From Octopus sinensis (taxonomy: Eukaryota), in contig NC_043000.1 of assembly GCF_006345805.1 (NCBI RefSeq), positions 96,596,001 to 96,660,000 of the forward strand: a stretch of DNA of 64,000 nucleotides, in the 5' to 3' direction. The notes under the pieces are model-generated. The model saw only the letters and a program-made list of their open reading frames with translations, did not search any database and was not told the DNA's origin. Positions 14,397 through 26,400 of the stretch are shown one piece after another (the first letter of the stretch is position 1; every line of letters begins with the position of its first letter). The position numbers were made by a program, and so were the translations under genes.

Positions 14397-14791
14397 TCTT
14401 TATATATAAAAGAGAGGTTGTGTGTCTGTCTCCTACGATTTAGATTCCTAACTACTCCCACATTTTGCGGTGCAGTTTAACCAAAACCGAGTATCTTATA
14501 GTCGTGATTCATATCGAGCCCTTCTGGGTATTAGCGCGCGTCTACGATGAGTCTACGATTTAAAAAAAAATTACCATAATTTTTTTCCATTTTAATGCAT
14601 TTTTTTGCTATTATATAAGGGAAGTAACTCTCTAAAAATGTCTACGATGAGTCAACGATTTAAAAAAAATTTACCATAATTTTTTTTCCGTTTTTAATGC
14701 ATTTTTTGCTAATTTTTGGCTATAACTCTCTAAAAATGCTTATATGGTTATTTCCCTTACAAACCCGAGCAACGCCGGGCGATACTGCTAG
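14397..14791 (+). mobile_element. Non-autonomous Helitron, complete solo copy
   Basis: A|TC 5' end, 3' hairpin CCCGAGCAACGCCGGG then CTAG|T; same family as the 31.4-34.7 kb array. Confidence 0.85.
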
Positions 14792-15849
14792 TTATATCTA
14801 ATCTATCTCTCTAAAAGATGCAAACCAAGCAGCATTAAATGGAGAATGGATGTGAGCAGAAAGAGAGTAAGTTCCATTCCAGTTTACAACAATTATAGAA
14901 TTATTCTCAAACCATAAATGAAGGGTGGAGAGGAATGAAGGAGGAGTCACGTTTCCTCTGAGAGGTTACAGAAGTATTGTTACACTGTTGTTAGAATAGC
15001 TGTGGAAAATGTAAGTTGAAATCAAATGTGATGCTAAATTCTTTTATAGTCATGTTCCCAATGAAATACACATAATCAATTTGAACAGTCTTAGTAAAAT
15101 AGCTACTTTCTTTAATTATTAATCAGGTGTTTGGATCAACAGAATTATGAGATAAAGGTGAGAAGGTCAGTAGAGTGTCTATCTGCTTGTAACTATGTAG
15201 ACTATGCCTTGTTATGGTTTATGTTAGGGTTAGAGCTGTGGTCTAGAATTGGCAACATATAGCATACTAAATTGTAAATGGCCACGTTTACTGTATGCTA
15301 AACTGGCACTAGAGATTTAATGAAACAGTTTACCTATCAGAATTTAAGTCATGAAAGGGTTAGTTAGCATTGTCAACACACTTCACATTTCTCTTTTTTT
15401 GTGGGCAATGAAATAAAACACTAGATAAGGAGTGGGTCAATATAGTTGACATTATTTCCTCCTATAAAATTTTTGGCTATGTACCTTTGTTAGAAATTCT
15501 TATTTGTATTAATATAAAGTGCGAGCAAGAGAACATCTGCAGGCTTTCCTAAACTGTTAATGTGAATGTAGATGATGTCTTTTTTCAACTTGTGTAAATT
15601 AATGTTTGATGAGAATGTGATTCCATGTAGAAGCTGCCATTCTGGAGATAAATGATTGGATAAAATATTTAGTAAAAGGTTCTAGCTGTGAGACATGTTA
15701 AAGATGATGATGTGGGCTCAGTTTACTACCACACCCTCAGCAATATCGCCATTGATGCTGTTGACAGAAACGATGCTCCTATCAGATTTCTTGTTCCTAG
15801 GATACATCCGGTTTAAACGCCTTCTTTTCAGACCAGACATTTTTACGAT

Positions 15850-15883
<34 letters not shown>

Positions 15884-16233
15884 CTAGCATTCTATCGGTT
15901 ATGACGAAGAGGGTGCCAGTTGATCCGATCAACGGAACAGCCTGCTCGTGAAATTAACATGCAAGTGGCTGAGTACTCCACAAACCCGTGTACTCTTAAC
16001 ATAGTTCTTAGCGAAATTCAGTACGACATAGAATATTTTCTACTCGAGGTACAAAGCCCGAAATTTTGTGGGAGGGGGCCAGTCGATTAAATCGACCCCA
16101 GTACACAACTGGTACTTAAGTTATCGACCCCGAAAGGATGAAAGGCAAAATAGACCTTGGCGGAATTTGAACTGAGAACCCATAGACAGACAAAATACCG
16201 CTAAGCATTTCGCTCAGCGTGCTAACGTTTCTG

Positions 16234-16824
16234 ATTTCTTTATTGCCCACATGGGACTAAACATAGAGGGGGACAAACAGGGACAGACAAAGAGATTAGA
16301 TCGATTACATCGACCCCAGTGCGTAACTGGTACTTATTTAATCGACCCCGAAAGGATGAAAGGCAAAGTCGACCTCGGCGGAAGATGAACTCAGAACGTA
16401 GCGGCAGACGAAATACCTATTTCTTTACTACCCACAAGGGGCTAAACACAGAGAGGACATATAAGGATAAACAAACGGATTAAGTCTATTATATCGACCT
16501 CAGTGCGTAACTGGTACTTATTTAATCGACCCCCAAAAGGATGAAAGGCAAAGTCGACCTTGGCGGAATTTGAACTCAGAACATAACGGCAGACGAAATA
16601 CCTATTTCTTTACTACCTACAAGGAGCTAAACATAGAGAGGACAGACAAGGAGATTAAGTCAATTACATCGACCCCAGTGCGTAACTGGTACTTAATTTA
16701 TCGACCCCGAAAGGATGAAAGGCAAAGTCGACCTCGGCGGAACTTGAACTCAGAACATAACGGCAGACGAAATACCGCCAAGCATTTCGCCTGGCATGCT
16801 AACGTTTCTGCCAGCTCGCTGCCT
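16234..16824 (-). mobile_element. Three tandem family-B SINE units
   Basis: Junctions at 16417/16418 and 16602/16603 (185-bp period). Confidence 0.8.
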
Positions 16825-17129
16825 TCATCATCAACTTCTATTTCTGCTTAGCGTTTTGTTTAAATTTTTTGTTGACTAAAATTTATTGAAAAAAGAAAAA
16901 AGCCGCAATAATTATGCACCAACCTAATACGAATAGCATTGGATATTTTGATTTGTAGTCAATCATCTGCCATCCATCAGTATGTAGTGAACACGATCAG
17001 TGTTGTCCTCAGTGGAGGCAGTTTCAGGACGTCCAGAAGCTGGATCATCTCCGAGACTCTCTCTTCTCCTCCTAAATTTAGCTGCCCATTTTTACACTGT
17101 TGATAAAACTAGAGCATCATCCCCTAATG

Positions 17130-17518
17130 GAAGCACTCCGTCGGTTACGACGTCGATGAGGGTTCCGGTTGATCCGATCAACGGAACAGCCTGCTCGTGA
17201 AATTAACGTGTAGGTGGCTGAGCACTCCACAGACACGTGCACCCTTAACGTAGTTCTCGGGGATATTCAGCGTGACACAGAGAGTGACAAGGCCAGCCCT
17301 TTGAAATACAGGCACAACAGAAACAGGAAGTAAGAGTGAGAGAAAGTTGTGGTGAAAGAGTACAGTAGGGATCACCACCATCCCCTGCCGGAGCCTCGTG
17401 GAGATTTAGGTGTTTTCGCTCAATAAACGCTCACAACGCCCGGTCTGGGAATCGAAACCGCGATCGTATGACCGCGAGTCCGCTGCCCTAACCACTGGGC
17501 CATTGCTCCTCCACTATA
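17130..17518 (-). mobile_element. tRNA-derived SINE, family A, full length with TSD
   Basis: A box GGCCCAGTGGTTAG, B box GGTTTCGATTCCC; 11-bp TSD ATCCCCTAATG at 17119-17129 and 17519-17529. Other copies near 1921-2225, 9219-9505, 12695-13010, 62265-62550. Confidence 0.85.
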
Positions 17519-17675
17519 ATCCCCTAATGTAGCAACCATGACAGCATGAGTGTTGTTTGAGGCTAAACTCTTTTTCTGCCGGTAATTGTCAACAGCACGA
17601 CACCAAATTAGAAAATTACTATTTGTAAATCTCACAACGAGAGATATTCAGCAACAGTACTTAGGAATAAAAATC

Positions 17676-18058
17676 ATTTGCCAACATAACATGGCAGTCC
17701 TAGTTTAGGACGAATGTTGCTGTAATTTAGCCCCAGGAGACATCGTCTCCAGCTAGCTATACGACACGATCTGTGTCCTTATATTTTCGAACAAGGGAAT
17801 CTAGCACTACCCCCGCCACTCAGCTCAAAACAATATCTGTGTATTGCGATTTCCGGGTTATTTCCCTTCATTAGCACAGAATAATTGCTCGGCTAGAGGT
17901 GGCGCTGCCAAATTCGCGATACACAGATATTGTTTTGAGCTGAGTGGGGGGTGCTAGATTCCCTTGTTCGAAAATATAAGGACACAGACGATGTCTCCTG
18001 GAGCTAAATTACAGCAACATTCATCCTAAACCAGGACTGCCATGTTATGTTGGCAAAT
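17676..18058. mobile_element. MITE-like element with long imperfect TIRs
   Basis: ATTTGCCAACATAACATGGCAGTCC...GGACTGCCATGTTATGTTGGCAAAT; arms of about 145-175 bp around a short core. Confidence 0.7.
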
Positions 18059-18169
18059 AATCTTTACTCCACGACATCAAATTTTGTCTATTTTCAAGAG
18101 ACACCGCTACTAATAACTTTTGAAGTGTTCTTTGAACAGTCAGATGTCAGTTTACTCTTTTTAGTCCTT

Positions 18170-18893
18170 TACTTTTTAACTTGTTTCAGTCATTTGACTG
18201 TGGCCATGCTGGAGCACCGCATTTAGTCGAGCAAATCGACCCCAGGACTTATTCTTTGTCAGCCTAGTACTTATTCTATCGGTCTCTTTTGCCGAATCGC
18301 TAAGTTACGGGGACGTAAACACACCAGCATCGGTGATGTTGGGAGGACAAACATATACTCACACATACATATATATACATATATACGACGGGCTTCTTTC
18401 AGTTTCCGTCTACTAAATCCACTCACAAGGCTTTGATCGGCCCGAGGCTATAGTAAAAGACCCTTGCCCAAGGTGCCACGCAGTAGGAATGAACCTGGAA
18501 CCATGTGGTTGGTAAACAAGCTACTTACCACACAGCCACCCCTACGCCTATATATATATACACGACGGGCTTCTTTCAGTTTCTGTCTACTAAATCCACT
18601 CACAAGGCTTTGATCGGCCCGAGGCTATAGTAAAAGACACTTGCCCAAGGTGCCACGCAGTAGGAATGAACCTGGAACCATGTGGTTGGTAAGCAAGCTA
18701 CTTACCACACAGCCACTCCTGCGCCTATATATATATATACACGACGGGCTTCTTTCAGTTTCCGTCTACTAAATCCACTCACAAGGCTTTGATCGGCCCG
18801 AGGCTATAGTAAAAGACACTTGCCCAAGGTGTCACGCAGTAGGAATGAACCTGAAACCATGTGGTTGGTAAGCAAGCTACTTATCACACAGTC
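18170..18893 (-). mobile_element. SINE family C (CORE-like segment) with triplicated head
   Basis: Head GTGGCTGTGTGGTAAG..GGTTC(C/A)..TGCGTG(G/A)CACCTTGGGCAAG repeated at ~177-bp period. Other copies near 2820-3180, 10476-10854, 35900-36040, 48555-48870, 53655-54040, 63140-63785. Confidence 0.8.
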
Positions 18894-19240
18894 AAAGAAA
18901 CAATGTAGTCATCAATAAAAAGAGCTGAAATTAATGCATGCAAAGTTTCCCAACACTAGCATCACTCCTTCATTTCCAGTCGACCCACCCTCGTAAGCCA
19001 TATCTTTCAGGAAATGATCGTCTGTCCCCTTTTTCATTGACTGTCCCCTGATCGCACAATCCCTTCATACTGATTGATTTCGTCTTAATGGCTTGTTAAT
19101 TAGTTTTTCAGTTACCCGCTTCTAATGTCGAAGTTTCACTCCGACAGCTTCTCATAGACTCCTCTTTCAGGCGGCTCAATTTAAGTTCAAGAGATCTCTT
19201 TTCGATACTTTCAAGAATTTTCCTTCTATTCTTTTTACTT

Positions 19241-19272
<32 letters not shown>

Positions 19273-19344
19273 TGTATGTATGTATGTATGTATGTATGTA
19301 TGTATGTGTGTGTGTGTATGTATGTATGTATGTATGTATGTATG

Positions 19345-19414
<70 letters not shown>

Positions 19415-19592
19415 AGTTCTAGGTAAATTCTACCACGGAAAATTCCACCAGGTAAATTTCACCATAGGTAAATTCCATCCATGGACAGACTTCCAATCTA
19501 AGCTATTCCCGCTTATAATCACTATGGTCAGTTTCTCTAGACCGTGGGTCAATGCCTTTGTTATTTAATCTGTCTGTCTCTCAAGTCTTAAG

Positions 19593-19659
<67 letters not shown>

Positions 19660-19823
19660 GTAGATAGATAGATTGATAGAAAGCTAGAATGATACAAATA
19701 GATAGATAGATAGATACACCCACACCGCTGCTGAAGCTACCACCGCCATCACCACCCATAACATCAACGACCCGACATTAACATTGTCGCCGCCGCCGCC
19801 GCTGCCAGCACCACTACTACTAT

Positions 19824-19907
<84 letters not shown>

Positions 19908-19953
19908 CGCCACCACAACAGCCACCACCACCACTACTACTACTACTACTACC

Positions 19954-20115
19954 GTTGCTCGCGATACCAGAGGGCGCACACTCTCCTACCCTGATGTAAT
20001 CTCCAGGGATACAGGCATCCAGCAACAGGACCTCCGTAATGCCATGATGGACCGTGAAGTCTGGCGTAACATAGTAAATTCCATTGTCTCGACCACGGTC
20101 GAACAATGATGATGA
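19954..20115 (+). mobile_element. Short 3' end of an RTE-type LINE
   Basis: RGRTLSYPDVISRDTGIQQQDLRNAMMDREVWRNIV.., typical of RTE-group ORF2 C-termini, followed by a (TGA)n tail. Confidence 0.6.
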
Positions 20116-20237
20116 CTAACTACAACTACTAACAACAGCAGCAGCAGCAGGAACACTAATCAACAACCACAAGATCACTAATCGTTGCATAGAAACTAGA
20201 TTTCATTGCCTATTGATGCAAGCTGTCATTTCTGAGA

Positions 20238-20621
20238 GTGGAGGTGCAATGGCCCAGTGGTTAGGGCAGCGGACTCGCGGTTATACGATCGCGGTTTCGA
20301 TTCCCAGACCGGGCGTTGTGAGCGTTTATTGAGCGAAAACACCTAAATCTTCACGAGGCTCCGGCAGGGGATGGTGGTGATCCCTGCTGTACTCTTTCAC
20401 CACAACTTTCTCTCACTCTTACTTCCTGTTTCTGTTGTACCTGTATTTCAAAGGGCCGGCCTTGTCACTCTCTGTGTCACGCTGAATATCCCCGAGAACT
20501 ACGTTAAGGGTACACGTGTCTGTGGAGTACTCAGCCACTTACACGTTAATTTCACGAGCAGGCTGTTCCGTTGATTCGGATCAACCGGAACCCTCATCGT
20601 CGTAACCGACGGAGTGCTTCC
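20238..20621 (+). mobile_element. tRNA-derived SINE, family A
   Basis: Near-identical to 17130-17518; interrupts the PLE fragment. Confidence 0.85.
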
Positions 20622-20627
20622 ATCCCA

Positions 20628-20925
20628 TACGAGGTAAAGGTAACAGCAATAGGATTAAATAGACAACCAAACGTGCGAAAGTACATTGGAGCAACTGAAG
20701 GCCCCTTCAGACCCTGCTATAACAACCACAAGTCCTTCAGCATCTAAGAGAGATGTAATTCCACAACCCTGGCCAAGCACGTATGGTCGTTGAAAGACAG
20801 CGTCACCAAGAATAACATAAAGTGGAGGATTCTAGAGAAATGTAAAGCGTACTTCAATAGCAGCAGAAAGTGCAGATTATGTCTGGCTGAGAAAGGATCG
20901 ATATTAAAGAGATCCCGGCCGCTGT
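20628..20925 (+). mobile_element. Penelope-like element GIY-YIG endonuclease fragment
   Basis: YEVKV...RKYIGATEGPFRPCYNNHKSF..NSTTLAKHVWSLK..IKWRIL..CRLCLAEK, matching the YIG.TE..F..RY.NH / W.LK / C.LCL.EK pattern of PLE endonucleases; one in-frame stop. Confidence 0.7.
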
Positions 20926-20929
20926 GCTT

Positions 20930-21035
20930 CTGACGTCCATACTTTATGATATGTGCCGCTGACACCCATACTTTATGATATGTGCCGCTGACGTGCATAC
21001 TTTATGAAATGTGCCACTGACGTCCATATTTTAGC
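20930..21035. repeat. 29-bp tandem repeat, about 3.5 copies
   Basis: CTGACGTCCATACTTTATGATATGTGCCG variants, contiguous. Confidence 0.8.
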
Positions 21036-21188
21036 TGTTATTGCTATTATTATTGTAATTGTTGTTATTGAATTTACGTCGCCCAGGAGTTATTTCTTTT
21101 CCCTTCTCTCTTCTCTTTGTGTGTGCGGTTGTTGCGAATATTTGTGTGTGGTTTATATTTACGGTGGTGATCCTCCCTGCATCGACCT

Positions 21189-21239
<51 letters not shown>

Positions 21240-21257
21240 GTCTGTCTGTCTGTCTGC

Positions 21258-21336
<79 letters not shown>

Positions 21337-21553
21337 CCTGTCTGTCTGTCTCTCTGCCTGTCTGTCTGTCTATCTATCTGTCCAGCCGTCTGTCTATCTG
21401 TCTGTCTGTCTTTTTTTTTTTTTGTCTTACGCTCCCTTTTGATCAGAATTTTATTTTTCTCTTTTTTTCCCCGAAAAGAAAAGCTCCACATTGTATTTTG
21501 TCCCCTCTGTGTTCCGCCCTGTGTGGCTAATAAAGAAATATATCTATCTATCT

Positions 21554-21624
<71 letters not shown>

Positions 21625-21782
21625 CGGTCGTGTTATTCTTTGCTCCGCAGTGAAAGATTGTTTTTGTGCTGAAAAGTTTGAAAATTTGCTGTTTTGGTCG
21701 TCGAGGCTACTTCTTTTCTGCTGTTGCAGCAGAGTTCTGCTGTTTTTTCCCCCTTGTTTCAAGGGGGAAGTGACGAAAAGAC

Positions 21783-23399
21783 ATGAATTTGCAACCAGTC
21801 TCCTCCGAGTCGGAGGAAAACGTTGAAAATTTATTTGAAGGCATGAAGGCGAAAATGCGGGAGGAGGAAGGTAAAAGTAAAGAGGCGTCTCACGCGCTTG
21901 TTACAAAAGCAGACGACAAGATGTCTGGCGAAGCTAGTAAACGACAAGAAAAGCCAAAAATAAATTTTGCGAGTGCAGCAACTCGCCCCTGTGAAAACAT
22001 CGTTATTAACAAAGAAGGATTAAAGAAGTACCAAAGTTTATTAAAAAAAGAAGGTGATAATGTGAAGTTGTTCCCTCCCAGTGAATTAATTTACGCAACG
22101 GAGAGAAAAACTGTAATTTACAAGACTTATAATGTCAAAAATAAGAAAATTGACTTCGTACAGAGAGAAGCCATTGAAAAATGTTTGAGGCCGATATGGC
22201 AACAAACAAGTTATATAACAAGGGGTAGTCGCTTCGGCACGGTAGAGGTGCGTTTCCCTAGCGAAGAAATAGCTAGGGAACATTCAACAAGAACGTTGAA
22301 GTCGGAAGAGGTAGTTCTTTTACCATTTTATTTAGGAATGAGAACTAGTAGAATAACGGTTACGGACATTCCGCCCGAAATAGATGTGGACTTCATAACA
22401 GCAGCGATTCTCTTAGGCAAAGAGGAAGAAATTGCCATTCTTCAGTCTAAAAGATATCGCCCCACAACCTGGTATGGACAAGACTTAGAGCTTGTGATCC
22501 AAGCGAACCCCTCGGACTTGGAAAAATTGCCAAGCTCCCTCACCATTGGAGATACCACCTTGATGGTAATAGTCGAGGGAAGAAAACCGAGATGCTATAA
22601 ATGTGGCGAGAAAGGCCACATACGGTCGAGCTGCAAGAAGACAGCGAAAGAAAATACTACAGAGGCAAGCACGACGCCGAAAACAACTTCACCGCTAGAA
22701 ATAGCAGCCACGTCGCGCACCCCAATTGCCGAAATTCAGCCGACAACGGGAGAAAACAACGACAACAACGATGACAACAACATCAACAACATCCAGGAGT
22801 GGGTCAACGTGGAAGCTTCAAAAAGAAGACGGAAACGGAAAAATCCACCCTCTTCGGATACACAGGACTATACTCTGACACAGACAAGCACACCCACACC
22901 CACAAATACAGTCGCAAACACACACGTAGCCAAAAAAACACACACACTGGAAAAAGCACACACAAACACTCACACACCTACCACAAGCACGCACACACCT
23001 ATAGACACCCACGCTTCTACAAGCCCACACACACCCACAAACACACACACACAGCCCCCTCCACAATCACCTAACAAAAAAAAAAGAAACACCTTCACGG
23101 CGATAAATAAAAACAATAACCCATTAAGGGAAAAAATTAATTTACTGAAATCGGCGAAAAAATATATCGCAACAGATATAAATAGTATTATATCCGAAAA
23201 TGTAGAATTTTATACGATAGATAACGAGGATTATTTTGAAATTAAAAAATCTTTTGCGGAGGACGTAGGCCCGTTACAGATGAACTTTTCAAGCCATCTG
23301 TACAAGCAATTCGCAAAAAAACTGACCTCGCAAAACACAACACTCACAGACAGAAAAGATGAGGGTGAGACTACACCCTCTCTTCTGTTAAAACAGTAA
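21783..23399 (+). CDS. Tx1 copy 1 ORF1 (538 aa, gag-like, zinc knuckle)
   Basis: Uninterrupted ORF; EGRKPRCYKCGEKGHIRSSC (CX2CX4HX4C), Thr/His/Pro-rich linker; visibly homologous to ORF1 of copy 2. Confidence 0.85.
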   Translation: MNLQPVSSESEENVENLFEGMKAKMREEEGKSKEASHALVTKADDKMSGEASKRQEKPKINFASAATRPCENIVINKEGLKKYQSLLKKEGDNVKLFPPSELIYATERKTVIYKTYNVKNKKIDFVQREAIEKCLRPIWQQTSYITRGSRFGTVEVRFPSEEIAREHSTRTLKSEEVVLLPFYLGMRTSRITVTDIPPEIDVDFITAAILLGKEEEIAILQSKRYRPTTWYGQDLELVIQANPSDLEKLPSSLTIGDTTLMVIVEGRKPRCYKCGEKGHIRSSCKKTAKENTTEASTTPKTTSPLEIAATSRTPIAEIQPTTGENNDNNDDNNINNIQEWVNVEASKRRRKRKNPPSSDTQDYTLTQTSTPTPTNTVANTHVAKKTHTLEKAHTNTHTPTTSTHTPIDTHASTSPHTPTNTHTQPPPQSPNKKKRNTFTAINKNNNPLREKINLLKSAKKYIATDINSIISENVEFYTIDNEDYFEIKKSFAEDVGPLQMNFSSHLYKQFAKKLTSQNTTLTDRKDEGETTPSLLLKQ

Positions 23400-23418
23400 G
23401 TTTTAAACATTCAACTAA

Positions 23419-26400
23419 ATTTTCACATTCTCGTTTAAACTCAGTTGTATAAATATTCGCGGCCTGGGGTCGTATTGGAAGCAAGGCTACCTCCTTAACG
23501 ACCTTAGGTCGCATCGTTTGGATGTAGTGGTAATTACCGAATCCAGACTGAGTGGGCTGCAGGCTTTTTCGCCCCTTCTAAACGGCTACGAGAAATACAT
23601 TTCTCCCTGTCGACCTGGAGGGGGAGGAGGAGTGGCAGTGCTGGTCAGGAAAAACCTGGATTTAGAGATTAGAACTGTCTTTATAGATCCGGAAGGCAGG
23701 TTGGTCGTTTTGGATGTGACGCACAGCAGTGGTAAAGTGTTCAGGCTGGTCGCTGTCTATGCTCCCTGCGAAGGAAAAGCCGGGCAGAAAGAGTATTTCA
23801 AAAGCCTAGAGAATTTTCTTGGCACGTCGAACACGTTAGTATTGCTAGGTGACTTCAACATAATTTGCGATGCAAGCGTAGATTATGTTGGCTCAAGAAA
23901 GAATACGAGGGGATTACCTCACCTCAACGATATGCTAAGTCGTTTCGAATTGGCAGATAGATTCAGACTGGACCATCCAGACATTCCAGAGTGGACCTGG
24001 GCAAGAAACGACGGGTCGTCCAGATCTTATATCGATAGAATCATGACTAGAAGGAAAGATAAGAAAATACTTAGCTGTCCACAACACCATATCGTCAGCT
24101 ACAGCGATCACAAATTAGTGACCTGTACGCTCGACATAGATAGCATGTGTAGACGAGGTACCGGCTACTGGAAGCTAAACAAGTCACTATTGGACTGTGA
24201 AGCCTACAGGAATCGGATTAAACAATTAGTAATGAGGGCGTTAACCGGATCCATTATCAACAATAAATGGTGGTACGCCCTGAAAAGAGCCATCAAATTT
24301 GAGTCAATTAGGTTTAGCAAATAACTAGCTAGTGCTAGAAACAAAGTAGAAAAGGAACTAGTTAAGGCTATAGAGGAGGCAATGAGGTCAGGCTGTGCAT
24401 CGAAAGTGTTAGCGGCGAGGTTAGCACTAGACCAACATCTCCAAGCTAAACATGAAGGGTGCATTATTAGGGCTAAGATCCGTGCAATGAGACAGGAAGG
24501 GATCAACGCAGCCGGATGGGCCCGGGTGGTAGAGGGCCAGCGTGGCAACAACTCAACCATTCGATCCTTGACGGGCCCAAATGGTCGATTAGTAAACGAA
24601 CCCGAGGAGATGTGCAAGGTGTTTCATGATCATTTCGCCCAGCTATTCGGGAGGAGCGGCGAGCTGGAGCGCGGGGAGAAGCTCGCAGACTTCCTAGCCG
24701 GTTCGCCGCGTCTATCGGGGCCGGACGCGGAATCTTGTGAGGCGCCGATCACAGCCAAAGAAGTCGAGGATATGTTGGCAGAATGCGGCGGGGACAAATC
24801 GCCGGGACTCGATGGTCTGCCTTACGAACTCTATAGTAGCATGCCAGACTTGTTTGGGCACCTACTTGCATGCGTGTACACCAACTGGCAGCAGAACGGG
24901 AGAATTCCTAAGTCTGTGAGCCGAGGGGTGGTAGCGTTGTTAAGAAAGGACCCAAACAAGGGGGATTTAATTGATAATTTCTGGCCTATCACTCTGCTTA
25001 ACGCAGAGTTGAAGATCTTGGCCAAGGTCTTAGCAAAAAGGTTGGCGAGGGTCGTGGGTGAACTTGTTGGCGAGGCGCAAACTTGCGCCATCCCTGGAAG
25101 GACCATCCACGACAATCTCCACTTTCTACGCTATGCCTTAGAAAGGGTAAATAGGATTCCTGGCAAGGGTGGGGCTATGGTCCACTTGGACCAATCGAAA
25201 GCGTTTGATAGGGTGGACCATCAGTATCTGGCGGCGGTCCTCGCGGCGGCTGGCTTCGGCCGACCTTCCGCGGATGGATCATCGCTTTATACAGCAACAT
25301 CGAATCGGTAGTTCGGGTAAATGGTTTCCTTTCGGAGCCGTTCAGCATTGAACGTTCGGTACGTCAAGGGTGTCCTCTCTCCCCGCTTCTCTACGTTTTG
25401 GCCCTCGAGCCGTTGCTGAGGAGGTTGGAAACTATGAGAGGCACCCCGCAAGATCTAGGGTGCGGAAAGTCAGCTTCGGCGTATGCGGACGACATCACCG
25501 TCATCGTTTCCCGAGTCGAGCACCTACAGTGGGTGGGTGAGGCCTTAAGGGACTACGAAGCGGTGGCAGGAGCGAAAGTCAACCGGGATAAATCGGTCGG
25601 CTTGCAACTCGGCACCTGGAGGGGCAAGTCGATGTCTTCCGACAGCGTCGTAGGACGTTGGACGGAAGGACCGGTGAAAATGCTTGGGATCTGGTTAGGT
25701 CCAGATCTCCAGATAGAGAAGAATTGGAGCGAGGTGGCGAGAAAGGTGGCTCTCCTAACTCAGACATGGTCTGAACGGAATCTGTCCTTGAAAGGGAAGG
25801 CGGAGGTTGCAGAAGTGTTTATCGCCTCTGTAATCACTTACCGCCTATCCGTAGTGCCTTGCCCCGATTCGTGGCTGAACAAACTGGAACGCATGCTCTT
25901 TCGCTTTTTGTGGAGGGCAGCAGACCTCTTGTAAGGCGCTCTATTTGCTGCCAAAAGCCGCTGAACGGTGGGTTAGGGATGCCGTGGCTAAAAATGCGCA
26001 GACATGCGCTCAGGCTTAGGCACCTCTGGATTTACCTGGACGGTGAGCAGGTGTGGTCTCCGTTTGTCAAGCTGTTATTTCCACAGTTCACATCGTTTAA
26101 CGAACTGAACCCATGGATCAAGTGTAGACCGAGGTTGGGCATGTGGCATGCAGAGTGCTATCAGGCACTCGTGCTTCTCTCCCAGTCGGGCAACGCCGGT
26201 GGCGGGGCTACTACCGCGTTCTTCTATAGAGGGTTAGTAGAGTTTAAGTGTGACGACGTCCTAGGAGAAACTCTGGGCTTCGACGAAAATCAACTGGCCA
26301 GCCTGTTCCAAAGAACATTCGGTCCGGGGCCTATGGATAATTACCAAAAGTCCCTGGCCTGGCAATGTTACAGAGGAGCTTTACCGGTTCGAGATAAGCT

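Noticed and set aside
20930-21035. 29-bp repeats of CRISPR-like length
   Set aside because: Contiguous with no unique spacers, in a eukaryotic context with no cas genes.
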